Assembly (NCBI RefSeq): GCF_006345805.1
Contig: NC_043019.1
Span: 22,567,360-22,631,359 of the forward strand
Direction: 5' to 3'
DNA: 64,000 bases
Origin: Octopus sinensis
Lineage: Eukaryota
In this document: positions 43,701 through 57,847 of the stretch, piece after piece
Position numbering within the stretch: position 1 is the first letter of the stretch
Layout of the letters: every line of letters begins with the position of its first letter
Made by a program: the position numbers and the translations under genes
The notes under the pieces: generated by a model
What the model was told of the DNA's origin: nothing
Databases searched by the model: none
What the model saw: the letters and a program-made list of their open reading frames with translations, nothing else

Positions 43701-46320
43701 TTTTTTCTTTTCCTGCCTTTAACCCTCCAACGCGGAGTATAGGCCACTTATAATTGAATTCCATGTCGCATAATTTTTCCCTTCTGTAAGAAGGGCTGGC
43801 ACAGGACTGCCAGCGATGGAGAGCACTGGTGGACCTGGTCAGCTCTATGCATGATGATGCCTCTGGGATCGGGATCGCTAACTTGGTATGACTCCAGCCT
43901 CATCAAACAAAAGCATGAAGCCAGAAGCTGAGAAGAACTATAAATGGATTGTATTTATAGTCTGACATCATTTATTATCAAACACTGAAACATATGTAAA
44001 ATGATTTGAATAATGATAAAATAAAGGAATTCCAAGTTCAAACGCAGGTTCTTTTCTCTCATCATATGTATATATCTATGTGTGTGTAGTGTGTGTGTAT
44101 GTGTATATTTGTGCACATAAAATGTTTAAGCAATCCAATCTAACTCACCCTATCTGGATGTATGAGACTGTCAATTCCGACCAAATCTCGCTGGAGTTCT
44201 ATAAGCTTCTGTAAATTATCCTGAAAAATGCAAAGGAAAACAGCTTGAAACAAAGATAAAATTTTGGAAAATATTGGAAAATTACAAAATCATCAATAAA
44301 GAACTGAGAGAAATAGTAAAGGATTGGAATTGTATGGAAAGTCTGGAATAAAAGGCAACTGTTGTTGAGTAGCAGTTCCTCGAAATTTGGGAGTAAAATT
44401 ACAAAATAATCATCATGATCATCATTACAATCACCAAAGTGATGGTCATTCTAATCATCATCATGGCTGGTAGATTAGAAATTACATTACAGTATTCAGG
44501 TCAACATGACCTTTAACATATTCTCAATGCAACACTGCACACAACAATGTCCTCAGTACAACAGTGCACCCAACATGTTCTCAATGTAACACCGCATATG
44601 TGTCCTCAATGCAACACTGCACCTGAATGTTTGTGATGCAAAGCTGCACCCAACATGCCCTCGAGGCAGTACTGAACCTCCACATATTCTCAATGCAATA
44701 AGGCCCCAATTGCAACACTACATCCAACATGTTCTTAATGCAACACTGCACCCAACCAACATGTCCTTGCTGCAACATTGCATCCAGTATGTACAGGCAA
44801 GCAGTATGGTCACCGAACAGCTGGACATGTTGCACATACATAATGCAGGGGCTACTCTCTACCACTGGTTCTGTTGGTGCACTTACAGACTGACAAGAGG
44901 GAGACAACAACAACAATAAACAACTACTTACCACTTTTTGCATTTTTTCTCTAGACAGATTGATTACTTCAAGAATATGGCTATGTGCTTCTGTTAAAAA
45001 GAAAAGAGAAGACATGAAAAAACAGTAGATTCAGGCATAAGCATATCTAAGAGTACATTATCTAATGTGTCTATCCAGTGTTTTAAGATGATGGTGTTAC
45101 AGTTAAGGAAAATTTGGCTGTTATTTCTATTAAGTTTAGCTTCAAACAAGCCAAACCACTTTGTCAGAACTTTGTTTCATGTAGCTGATGGCAGACCACA
45201 ACCAAGACCCTTGTGATATCCAACATTTCAAGAATCTTAGACTCTTTATCACTGAAGTATTCAGACATTTTCAATAAGAAAAGAAAACAACAAATTTTGA
45301 GTACAAACTACAAACTACAGTAGTGGCTGTGTGTTAAGTAGCTTGTTTACCAACCACATGGTTCCGGGTTCATTCCCACTGCGTGGCACCTTGGGCAAGT
45401 GTATTCTACTATAGCCTCAGGCCGACCAACGCCTTGTGAGTGGATTTTGTAGACGAAAACTGAAAGAAGCCCGTCGTATGTGTGTGTGTGTGTGTATGCT
45501 TGTGTGTTTATGTCCCTGTAACCTAGTGGTTCAGCAAAAAGAGACCGACAGAACAAGTACTAGGCTTACAAAGAATAAATCCTGGGGTTGATTTGCTTGT
45601 TTCATGTGTTGTGTGTGTGTGTGTGTGTGTGTGTGTGAGATAGATAGATAGATAGAGAGAGAGTGACAAAGAGGCAGACATGTTACCTTGGCAATTTTTG
45701 TAGTCAGGGTGGTCTTGGTTATAGTGTTTCAACAGTCCTGAAAATAAAAATAAACACACATTAAGTTTTGATTTTTATATATATATATATATTATATAAA
45801 ATCCATTCTGTCTGTCTGTGTGTCTTCTAGGATCTCGGGCATCCTGCGTCTGATTGCGCTCAAATTTGATATGTAGATAATGACGGTGTCTTGAAAAAAT
45901 TACAAAAATCGATTCCAGGTGAGAATGCGATCGATAAAGCCATTTTTGTCCTGCTTTTCTTCCGTCAACCTATACATAACTGCACCTTCCATTTTTTGTT
46001 GTTTTTGTACTGCTTAAAGGCATGTTTCTTTCCTGCCAAGCTTACTGTTTAAACCATGTTTGGTTTCTCCCAGTCAACAGCCTTATTATTACTGGTACTT
46101 TAAACTCTTCGGTTGCATATTTGTGTGAATAAAATCGTTTTTCTTTGGAATAGAAAAAAGTCTATCTTTATTTCTTCTTTTGCTGGTGTCTCAAATTTAG
46201 GTTAAATCAGTGTTTCTCAAAGGGGAGGCCCAGGGGACGGTCGGACAAGTTGTTTTGAGAAAATTTGGTTTAGATGCTTGACAACTCAGCACCATCCATT
46301 GAACGGGGGTACGTTTTGCT

Positions 46321-46366
<46 letters not shown>

Positions 46367-49300
46367 ATACATGTGCATAAATATATACATGTGTGCATAT
46401 ATACATACATGTGTGTGTGTGTGTGTATATATATATATCTATATATATAAAACTCTAGTTGTGTGAGTGTCTGTCCCCTTCGATTTAGATTCCTAACTCC
46501 TCCCACATTTTGCGGTGCAGTTTAACCAAATTCGGGTATCTTATAGTCGTGATTCATATCGAGCCCGTCTGACTATTAGCGCGCATCAACGATGAGTCTA
46601 CGATTTTAAAAATAATTTAACATCATTTTTTATTCCATTTTAATGCATAAAATGCATCGTGTGTCGATGGCGGCGGAGTTGGCGTCCACGCTCACAGCTG
46701 CACCTGTTTGCTTCTCCCCCTTCCCTCCCTCGTGAAGCTGTGGGGAAGGGAGTGTAAAGAACTCAACGTCGTAATGCGTTGTGAAGGAGACCAGCGTTCT
46801 TTTAGAACAACGACTTCATGACTTGAAGACACCAAAACAAAAATGGGTAAGAAAGCTTGAATTTATAAGGGAAGTAACTCTCTAAAAATGCTTATATAGT
46901 TATTTCCCTTACAAACCCGAGCAACGCCGGGCGATACTGCTAGTATATATATAAATATATGCATATATACATACATTTATGTACATACCTACATATATAT
47001 GTATATATACATGCATATATGGGTACAGGACATCAAAAAACGTTGAACATAAAAACAAAAACATAGAAACAAACTTTTTTTCAAACAACGAAAAAAAACA
47101 GAGTACAAGACATACAACTCAAGGAATATTCCCCTTCTTCAGTTGTCCCTGTTTCATCTACTCCACATTTCGAGAAAAATACATACATATACATTGAGTG
47201 TCACACAGAAATATGGATGGGTATGTGAAATAAAGTAAAGAAGGAACATGAAAAACAAGGACAGGGGTGGAGAAATGCAATAAGGTGATGAAGTGGAACA
47301 ACACTTACTTTCAAGTATTAACCGATAATGTAGAAGTCGTTGTCCGGGTTTTAGGAGGAAGGTATTCAAAGGCAAGTAACACGTTTTTTCAGCCTCAAAT
47401 TCTTTGTACAACTGCTCGAATTCTCTGTTCCGTTTAAGGGTTAGTTCCAATTCGGAGAGCATCTCTTCAAGCCGATCTAAGTAAGTTCGATAAATCTAAA
47501 AACCATTCATAAAAAGGAAAAAAAGATAGGATAAGAAGAGTATAAAGACAGGAAAAAAAAAGGGATGCAAATGGATGAGAGAGGGCAAAAATATAAGGAA
47601 AAAGAAATAAGTCATTAAAAGAAAAAGCATGACAAAAAATGCGATGGTCACATTTGGAAGGCTTTTCATCATAGGCCTGTTGATCAGGGTTGTCTTGGGG
47701 TTAAACAACAATTGCTAGAGTTACTACAGTATAAGATAGAATGCCTTGCAAGACTTGTTTGTTAGCTTTGACTCCTGAATAAGAGAAGTGTGACCATCAA
47801 CTCTAAATTGGTGAGTGTGACCCACTAGACTCCTAAACTGTTCTGAAAGCTATGAGATAATACATGATTATTCAAAACAATTTGAATGAATAGGCATTAC
47901 ATGTCAAGGAGTAACCTGAATGCTAAAGGGTTAAATCTAGCCAAGACATGCAGGGGTGGTAACTCCACATCTCAAAAGAAATTTTAACAAAATCAAAATG
48001 TGTGGATTTGAGACAGTGTAGAGTAGTGCTACTCAAAGTGGTGGTCCGTGGACCAGTGCCAGTCCCCAAGCCATCAGCTACCGGTATGCATTGAGTTTCC
48101 AGAAAAGAAAGAAACATTATAAAATGCTTATGTAATATTGTATTATTTGTTTACAAAATAAATATTAAAAAAACTGTCAACTTTTATTATATTCATTATA
48201 TATATTGTTTCCGGTATAAATTAATATTACTAAGAATTATTCTTTTATACTCTAGGCACAAGGCCCAAAATTTTGGGAGAGGGGGGCCAGTCAATTAGAT
48301 TGACCCCAGTATGCAACTGGTACTTAATTTGACCTTGGCGGAATTTGAACTCAGAACATAAAGACAGACAAAGCGCTAAGCATTTTGCCCAGTGTGCTAA
48401 TATTTCTGCCAGCTTGCTGCTTTATTTCAAAAAATATTACTGGTCCCTGGCACAGTGGAAAAAAGAAAAAACCTGCCAGTACGCCACATCAGATAGTTTG
48501 AGAAGCATTGGTGTAGAGCATGAAGAAAAGATGTACAAAGCAGAATGGTACTTACAGGAAGGACAGTATCCAGTTCTAGCAAGACGTTACCAATTTTCTG
48601 CGATTCTGGACTTACTGGGGTGTTATATTTGCCTTCCCTGTAAAGAAAAACAACAAAGATTTATGAAAAGAGAGAGAAAAGAAATAAATGAGGAGAGATT
48701 AAAAAAAGGAGTCAGAAGTCATACAAAAGAAGGAATAGAACAATATTGAATGGTTATTCAAAATAATGAAATAGGGAAGCAGTGTGACTATATACCTTCT
48801 ATCTTTTGTTTCAGTCATTAGACTGCGGCCATGCTGGGGCACCACCTTGAAGAATTTTAGTTGAATGAATTGACCCCAGGACTTATTCTAGTCTTAAGCC
48901 AGAAGAGAATTAATGCATTCGAGCTTTGGTGTTGGAGAAGACTTTTGCGGATTCCATGGACAGCGAGGCTCACCAATGGAGAAGTTCTTAAGCAGATCAG
49001 GCTGAAAATGTCGCTAGAAGCTGGGATCACCAAGCGTAGATTGGAATATTTCGGTCATATTATGTGGAGAAAATCCCTGGAGAAGGACATCATGCTCGGA
49101 ATGGTCAGTGGCAAGAGAGGAAGAGGCCGACCAAGAACCCACTGGCTTGATACCATCAGGAGTGATACCAGAATGGACATGGCCAATCTGAAGGAAGCGG
49201 CCCAGGATAGAACTGACTAGAGGACACTGATCCAATGAGTGACCGAGAGTCGACTTCAACTGAGCAGATAGAGAGAGAGAGAGTCTTAAGCCTAGTACTT

Positions 49301-52300
49301 ATTCTGTCTCTTTTGTTGAACCACTAAGTTACAGGGATGTAAATACACCAACATCAGCTGTCAAGTGATGGTGGGGCACAAACAAAGATGCATGCCCCTA
49401 CCACACACATATCACAAGCTTCTTTCAGTTTTTGTCCACCAATTTCACTCCCAAGGCTTTGGTCAACCTGAGGCTATAGTAGAAGACACTTGCCAAAGAA
49501 GCCATGCAGTGGGACTGAACCTGCAATCATGTGGTTGGGAAGCAAACCTCTTACCAGGGCAAAAAGGTTCATCATCATCTAATGTCTGTTTTCCATTCTG
49601 GCATGGGTTGGATGGTTTGACAGTAGCTGGTCAGCTAGATAGCTTTCCACAATATTTGTATAGCCATTTGGTTGGTGGCTCTCTATTACTCTTTTACTTG
49701 TTGCAGTCATTTTACTGCGATCATGCTGGAGCACCACCTTTAGCCGAGCAAATCGACCCCAGGATTTATTCTTTGTAAGCCTAGTGCTTATTCTATTGGT
49801 CTCTTTTGTCAAACCATTAATTAATGGGGACGTAAACACACCAGCATCGGTTGTCAAGCAATGTTGGGGGGACAAACACAGACACACACACACACATATA
49901 TACAACGGGCTTCTTTCAGTTTCCGTCTACCAAATCCACTCACAAGGCTTTGGTCGGCCTGAGGCTATAGCAGAAGACACTTTCCCAAAGTGCCACGCAG
50001 TGGGAATGAACCCGGAACCATGTCGTTGGTAAGGAAGCTACTTACCACACAGCCACTCCTACGCCTATACAAAAACCATTAGCAAATGTGTTGCACATTA
50101 ATCTGTTCAAGTGTCATGTACAAAACATGTGATACGTTCAAGTTTTTACATGTAAAATATGTCATCTTTAGTGTCACATGTAAAAAACATGTAGCAGCAG
50201 TAGCTGTTTGAATAACTGGCAATGTGAAACTCAGATACATTCCAAGTACTTTCAGGATATTCTCTTTTACTTGTTTCAGTCATTTGACTGCGGCCATGCT
50301 GGAGCACCGCCTTTAGTCGAGCAAATCGACCCCGGGACTTATTCTTTGTAAGCCCAGTACTTATTCTATCGATCTCTTTTTGCCGAACTGCTAAGTGACG
50401 GGGACGTAAACACACCAGCATCAGTTGTCAAGCAATGCTAGGGGGACAAACACATACATATATATATATGACAGGCTTCTTTCAGTTTCCGTCTACCAAA
50501 TCCACTCACAAGGCATTGGTCGGCCCGGGGCTATAGCAGAAGACACTTGCCCAAGATGCCACGCAGCGGGACTGAATCCAGAACCATGTGGTTGGTTAGC
50601 AAGCTACTTACCACACAGCCACTCCTATCTTTTACTGGTCTCAACCTGTAAGCTGTGACCATGCTGCTGCAATGTTCATTTTACTAAGCTAGGGGTATCG
50701 AGATATTTTGAAAATACTTCACTAAGTGACAACCATGCCCAGCATAGTCATGGGCTGCCCTTTGGCAAGGAATAGCATCCATTGAGCCACCCTGCCAGGA
50801 ATAAGGTGAAGTCATAGCACTGCAGCATGGCAGATTGTGAAGAGCTAGCAGAAGAGCTCAACTGAGCCAATGGTGCTTCTTAAATTGATGGTGAGTGGAG
50901 GGAAACCTAGAAGATCAATGGTCAGGACCACCAAGAACAGGAACAGAAAATAGAATGAGAATAAGTCTTTGTGATAGTTACCATGAAATAATTCTCTGCT
51001 CTATGTTCCTGATGAAGTTGCAATGGAAGTTGTAGATGGGACAAAGGGTAGAGAACATTAGATGAGAAAGATAATCAGGCATCACAGAGTTCACAGCATT
51101 TTGGAAAGACTGAAAAAAAAGGAAAAAGAAAACAATGAAATAAGAAATTTAAGGCAAAAACTTCAAATACTTTGATTGAAATTAACCTTTTGATGCCATC
51201 CCACCTGAGACCTCTCCTGGTTCTATGATACAATATTCTTGTTTAAAAGTGATCAAAATTAAAACTTCCCATAAAAATTTTGGAGATTCATTGATTAAGT
51301 TGATCCCAGTGTTCAACTGGTACTTATTTTATTGACTCTGAAAGGATGAAAGGCAAAGTTGACCTCGGTTCAAATTCCGCCAAGGTCAACTTTACCATTC
51401 ATCCTTTTGAAGTTGATAAAATAAGTACTAGTTGAACACTGGGGCCAATTTAACTGACTAAGCCCTTCCACCAAGCTTGCTGGCTTTGTGCCTGAATTCA
51501 AAACCAAGTTATGATGCAAAGTATAGGATAATGGTGAAAAAGTTATTTTACTAAATGCTTCAATTTTTGCAAAGTTAATTGAAATAAAGGCAGTGCATTT
51601 CTACAGAAATATATATATTTCTTTATTGCCCACAGGGAGCTAAACATAGAGGGGACAAACAAGGACAGACAAAGGGATTAAGTCGATTACATCGACCCCA
51701 GTGCATAACTGGTACTTATTTAATCGATCCCGAAAGAATGAAAGGCAAAGTCAACCTTGGCGGAATTTGAACTCAGAACGTAATGACAGACGAAATACCA
51801 TTAAGCATTTCACCTAGTGTGCTAACGTTTCTGCCAGCTCGCCGCCTTTTTCTAGGGGAATATAGTAACAAAAGAATTAAATATTGTACGACTCTCAATC
51901 TATGTGTTCTGTAATTCATCTAAGATTGAGTTTTGGCTCGGATACAAATTCCCTGTTTTAAACTGATCTCACTTAAAACCTTCCATGAAAATTTCATGTT
52001 ACAGACACAAACTAAATAACAACAAAGTTATTGGTTTAAATTCTTCATTATTTTCAAAATTCAAAAATAGTTACAAAATGGTTAACTTTGTTTTCATGTC
52101 TATTTCTCCATCCCAGCATGGGTTACATTAATATATTAAAGCATCATTCTACAGCAGGATGTCCTTCCCTGCACTACACTATCCCATAAAACACACACAT
52201 ACAAAGAAATGCAACACAAACCTGTGTAATGACTTCCAGGTCCTTTTTAAAAGTTCGTTCTGTCATCAGGAGTTCTTTTGTTATACAATACGATTTATCA

Positions 52301-55298
52301 GCTGGAGCTCGCTGGAAAAACATAATACAACTAATAGAAATGTCTGGCTAGTAACACAACAACAACAATAAACAACAGGAAATCCAGTAATCCTGATTGG
52401 TCGAAAGTTGAAAGCAATACTGCAACTGAAAAAGAGTCTTTTCCTAAGTTAACTTATGTCAGAATCCAAGGAATCTAGTGATGGTCTGTGGCAACAGATT
52501 ACACTGTTATAAAATTGTTTTTTTTTTTTCTTTTTTTTTTTTGTCTTTGGTCAGAAAGTGTTACTTCCTATTTCCTATTTAAAAATCAAAGAAAATCACT
52601 AATATTCCCTTCAAACTTTGCTTTTGTCATCTGGACATAAAAATTTCAGAACTGATCTATTTTCCATTACATTTCAGATAGATTCGGTGCTGATTTGCGG
52701 AAGCAGAAATATTGTTATAGCAAATATTCTGCTCAATATCACAGATTTGCTTGTCAGTTGCTTGACCTTAACCACTTGAGCATGTCCCTTAGTGTCTGAC
52801 GATATGGGAATCTTTGATCATAAGCAGGACTAGTCGGGGTGGGGAGTGGCGGCATCATAGCCATGTGTTGTTGAGAAGTATTCTTTGGAGCTTGAATAAA
52901 TGTAACCAAAGTAGAGGTTTGAAGGAAATATTAGCCATTTTTCATACTTTCTAGGTATAAGCAAATAGGAAACAACAGTAGCTACCAAAGGACAAAAATT
53001 ATGTTACACAGTGTTATGAGTTTAAAGAGCTTGAAAATGGAATAAACTGGTTTGTTGGGCCAAAACAGAAAAGTGTAGCATTTCAGGAAGAACTCTTTTA
53101 GAAGAGATTACTCTTTCATTCAGTAGTACTGTCTGGAATATTGGTTTACATTTCTCTCATAGCCAATCAGTTTTGAGCTGTTTATAATTAAAAACATGAC
53201 AGCAAAGTGGCACAGTCATTAGTGTTGGCCAGAATACTTTGCAGTATTTGTTAAACTTCTCTGTGCTCTGGGTTCAAATCCTGCAGAGGTCAACTTTGCC
53301 TTTTCAGTCTTTCAGTGCAAGGTAGTGGATTGGCAGGATTGTTAGAGTGTTTTATGCAGTATGTTGTAGCTCTGTGTATTTTGAGTTCAAATCTTGCCCG
53401 GTCACTAAAAGAACAGAGACACTCCTGTCAAGAATTGCATCTGACATATATCAGCAATTTAAAAAACTGATGGAAATGTAAATTTCCTGAGTTAAGTAGC
53501 CAGACCAACTGCCACCATAACTCGTTTCAAAGACCATTGAAATTTATACAAATAAAGAAAATACCTGGATTTTAAATTGGAAACAGTTTAGGAGGACTTA
53601 TGTCAGGAGTAAGTTTTTCACAGTATATACTCACCTTTATGATTACTACATAATAAATATTTAAAATTTTAGCCATGTGTGTGTTTGCAGCTGACAATTG
53701 ATTCCTCTCTCACATCATCATCATTTACAGTCCATTTTCCATGCTGGCATGGGTTGGACAGTTTGACAGAAGCTGGCAAAGCCAGGAACCACACCAGGTT
53801 CCATAGTCTGTTTTGGAATGGCTTCTACAGTTGGATGCCCTTCCTAACACCAACCACTTTACAGAGTTACTGACTTTGATGGTGATGCATATATATACAC
53901 ACACACACACACACATTTAAATACACATACACACACACACACATTATAAACACTTATAAATGTTTCAAATATTTTTTTAAAAGCCAAAATAATGTAAGTT
54001 AAAGAAAAATTAAAATTACAGTTCTAATCCTGAAGTACTGAAATACCAGGTAAGGGTACTAACCTTTCACTTGTAATTTTAATTTATTTCACTTGCATTG
54101 CTTTGGCTTTAAAAAAAATGCTTAAAACAAATTATATATATCAGACAATGCTTGATGAATCCTCTATCATATATATAGATATGTGTATGTGTGTGTTTAT
54201 ATATGTGTGTTTACATATATCATCATCATCATTTGGTGTCTGTTTTCCATGCTGACATGGGTTTGGCAGTTTGACATGGAGCTGACCAACTGGGGAGCTG
54301 TCCAGATTTTAGTTGTTTGCTGTGACATGGATTCTACATAAAAAGCACTAGCACCGGTGCCATGTTAAAAGTACTGGTGATAGTGCCACGTAAAAAGCAC
54401 CCAGTACACTTTGTAAAGTGGCTGGCATAAGGAAGGGCAACCAGCTGTAGAAATCTGGCCTTAACAGTTCCTGTTAAGCTGACCAACTCATGCTAGCATG
54501 GAAAATGGATGTTAAAATGTCGACAAGGATGATGTGGGTGCATAAATTGTTTGTGTGCACGTGGCCTTTTACACCCACCCTAATCAAGAGATAAGTTGAA
54601 ATTGATTGATTAGTTTTTGTGTGATTAGTATGGTTAATGGCTTGATTTGAATTATTGCAAGTTGATAGTAATAGTAGTAGTTAGGTAAACATTGTCAGTG
54701 AAGCAAGAAGGATTAGGGAGGGAGGGAGGGGGGAGTGGGAACAAGTATAAAGATTGAGAATAAAAAGAAAAGAGATAAGCAGAGCAAGGAAACAGAAAGA
54801 TATATATGTATGTATATATATATTTATATATATGTATATATATATACCTATGTATATATATGTACATACTGTATGTATATGTATATTTATGTATGTATAT
54901 GTATATTTATGTATGTATATATGTATATATATTTATGTATTTATGTATATATATGTACATACTGTATGTATATGTATATTTATGTATGTATATGTATATT
55001 TATGTATGTATATATGTATATATATATATACGTATGTATGTATATATATATATACGTATGTATGTATATATATATATATACGTATGTATGTATATATATA
55101 TATATACGTATGTATGTATATATATATATACGTATGTATGTATATATATATATATACGTATGTATGATATATATATATATATACGTATGTATGTATATAT
55201 ATATATATATACGTATGTATGTATATAATATATATATACGTATGTATGTATATATATATATATACGTAGTATGTAATATATATATATACGTATGTATG

Positions 55299-55334
<36 letters not shown>

Positions 55335-56668
55335 ATATAATACGTATGTATGTACCAAAATAATACAGTGAAAGAGAGAGAGGCAGAGAAACTGATACAC
55401 AAATACAGCAAAGCAGAAAAAGAGAAGGGAGAGGAAGAGAGCAGAGAAAGGAAGAGAGAGGGGGAGAGGTAGGGAGAGAAAGTAGTAGAGATAGAGAGAG
55501 ATAAAGCGTACAACACTAACCCGTTTACTAACCCTTTTCCTCTTCGTGTCGTCGTCGCCACCGTCGAGAGAACGCAGTGCGTTCACGTTGTTGGAGGCCA
55601 TCCCATTATCACCGACCGATACGGACAGCTTGGGCTGCTGTGGGGGAGACAGGGGCACTGGGGCTTCTTCCGATTCTTCCGGGGGCGGGGGGGAGGAGGA
55701 GGGGGAGGCAGCGGCAAGGTCGAGTCGTAGTGATAAGGGGTGTCTTGGTTCACGCTCTGACTTCTTGTAAGGCTGTAATGACAGAGAGAGAGAAAGAGAG
55801 AGATGAAAGAAGAACAAAAACAAAACAAAAATTTGTGGATGAAGAAGCATTGCATGGTACCTTGGGCAAAATGACTTCTGCTAAAGCTCTGAACCAACCA
55901 ATACTCTGTGAATGAATTTAGTAGATGGAGACTCAGTTGAAGCCCATCATATATATAAATTCGTGGAGGCGCAATGGCCCAGTGGTTACGGCAGCGGACT
56001 TGCGGTCATAGGATCGCGGTTTCGATTCCCAGACCGGGCGTTGTGAGTGTTTATTGAGCGAAAACACCTAAAAAGCTCCACGAGGCTCCGGCAGGGGATG
56101 GTGGTGATCCCTGCTGTACTCTTTCACCACAACTTTCTCTCACTCTTACTTCCTGTTTCTGTTGTACCTGTATTTCAAGGGGCTGGCCTTGTCACTCTCT
56201 GTGTCACGCTGAATATCCCCGAGAACTACGTTATGGGTGCACGTGTCTGTGGAGTGCTCAGCCACTTACACGTTAATTTCACGAGCAGGCTGTTCCATTG
56301 ATTTGGATCAACCGGAACCCCCATCGTCGTAACCGACAGAGTGCTTCCATCCATCCCATATATAAATTCTCCGATTTTTCCCGTCCTTGTTTTCGTATAC
56401 ATTTGCTGCTTTCTTCCAAGGAATCTAATGCTCTTAGCTTAGTTTTTTTCCTTGGGGCTGGCCAGATTGGAGCAATCTCGAGTATAACCAGCCGAAATTG
56501 CAAAGATAATCTGGAACTCGACTGAGGAAAGAAACCTCCGAATGACACGTCCTTGTTTTCTTTGTATCGTCTATCTGGATATTTTGTTGTCCCTTAACTG
56601 TCTGGATGTTTTGTGTTCTTGTCCAATTTGGTATTATATATAGCGGCGTACGTACACTTTGGTGTCCT

Positions 56669-56721
<53 letters not shown>

Positions 56722-57793
56722 TTGTCCTCTACCACTGCTTGACAACTGTGTTTGTCTCCCTTCACTGCTTGACAATCAGTGTTGGTTTGTTTACGTCCCT
56801 GTAACTTAACAGTACAGCTTTCTTCACTCATGTTTATGTTTTTGGTTTTGAATTTGTATTTTAATGTGGTTTTGTATTATATATGTATCATATACATAAG
56901 GGTTATATATGTGATTATTATCTCTGTGGGTAGTAAAAACAAAACAAATAACATAAAAGCAGAGAAAGAAAAAACAAACACAAAAAAAGCGTTTCAAAAC
57001 AACCACTTTTGTCACCATAGAACCAACCAGAGGCAATTTGAAACGAGTTGGTTATTTAAGCGAGTTAGAGGGGAGATAATATACGAAAGGGAGGTAATTA
57101 GCGAATGTCTTCAATAAATCCAACTGAATAATGTGAGTTGCAGCATATTTAGGTTATTTTATGGCTATCATGCGCTTTATGTATCTTTTATGAATTGTTT
57201 TTTCCTTTTAATTATTTGTTTTTTCACTAAAATTCGAGATAAATCAAGAAGGCGATGAGTGTGAAAACCAAAACAAACTTTTGAAATTGTTACTGAAATC
57301 CAAACTCGAAATTGAAATTAATAAGATGTAAAGTAGACTGGAACAGAATTTTAAATTTAAAATTTAGTTTTACCCCTTTTGACATCATTTTATCCCATTC
57401 TAAAATTAGAAAATACATTGGAATGTACACTGGTTTCAAATTTTGGCACAAGGCCAGCAATTTCGGGGTATGCAGATTACACTGATCCAAGGGTTCAAAA
57501 AGTTACAAGACGAAGTTGACCCTGTTGGCATTTGAACACAAAACGAAGTCAGAAGAAGTGTTGCTAAGAACTTTTCCTATCATGGTAACGATTCTGCCAG
57601 CTCACCACCTTAAAGTTAGTCAATGAATAGAAGTGTGCTGTATACATAATATCAATAGACGTTATAGGCGTAGGAGTGGCTGTGTGGTAAGTAGCTTGCT
57701 TTGCAACCACATGGTTCTGGGTTCAGTCCCACTGTATGGCACCTTGCGCAAGTGAGTGGATTTGGTAGAGGGACACTGAAAGAAGCCCATCGT

Positions 57794-57847
<54 letters not shown>

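Noticed and set aside
55963-56035. tRNA gene
   Set aside because: It is the tRNA-like head of a TSD-flanked SINE, not a standalone cloverleaf.
56370-56620. Possible hammerhead at CTGAGGA (56522); similar CTGAAGA on the minus strand near 47145
   Set aside because: No stem II followed by GAAA, and no stem III with a cleavage triplet.
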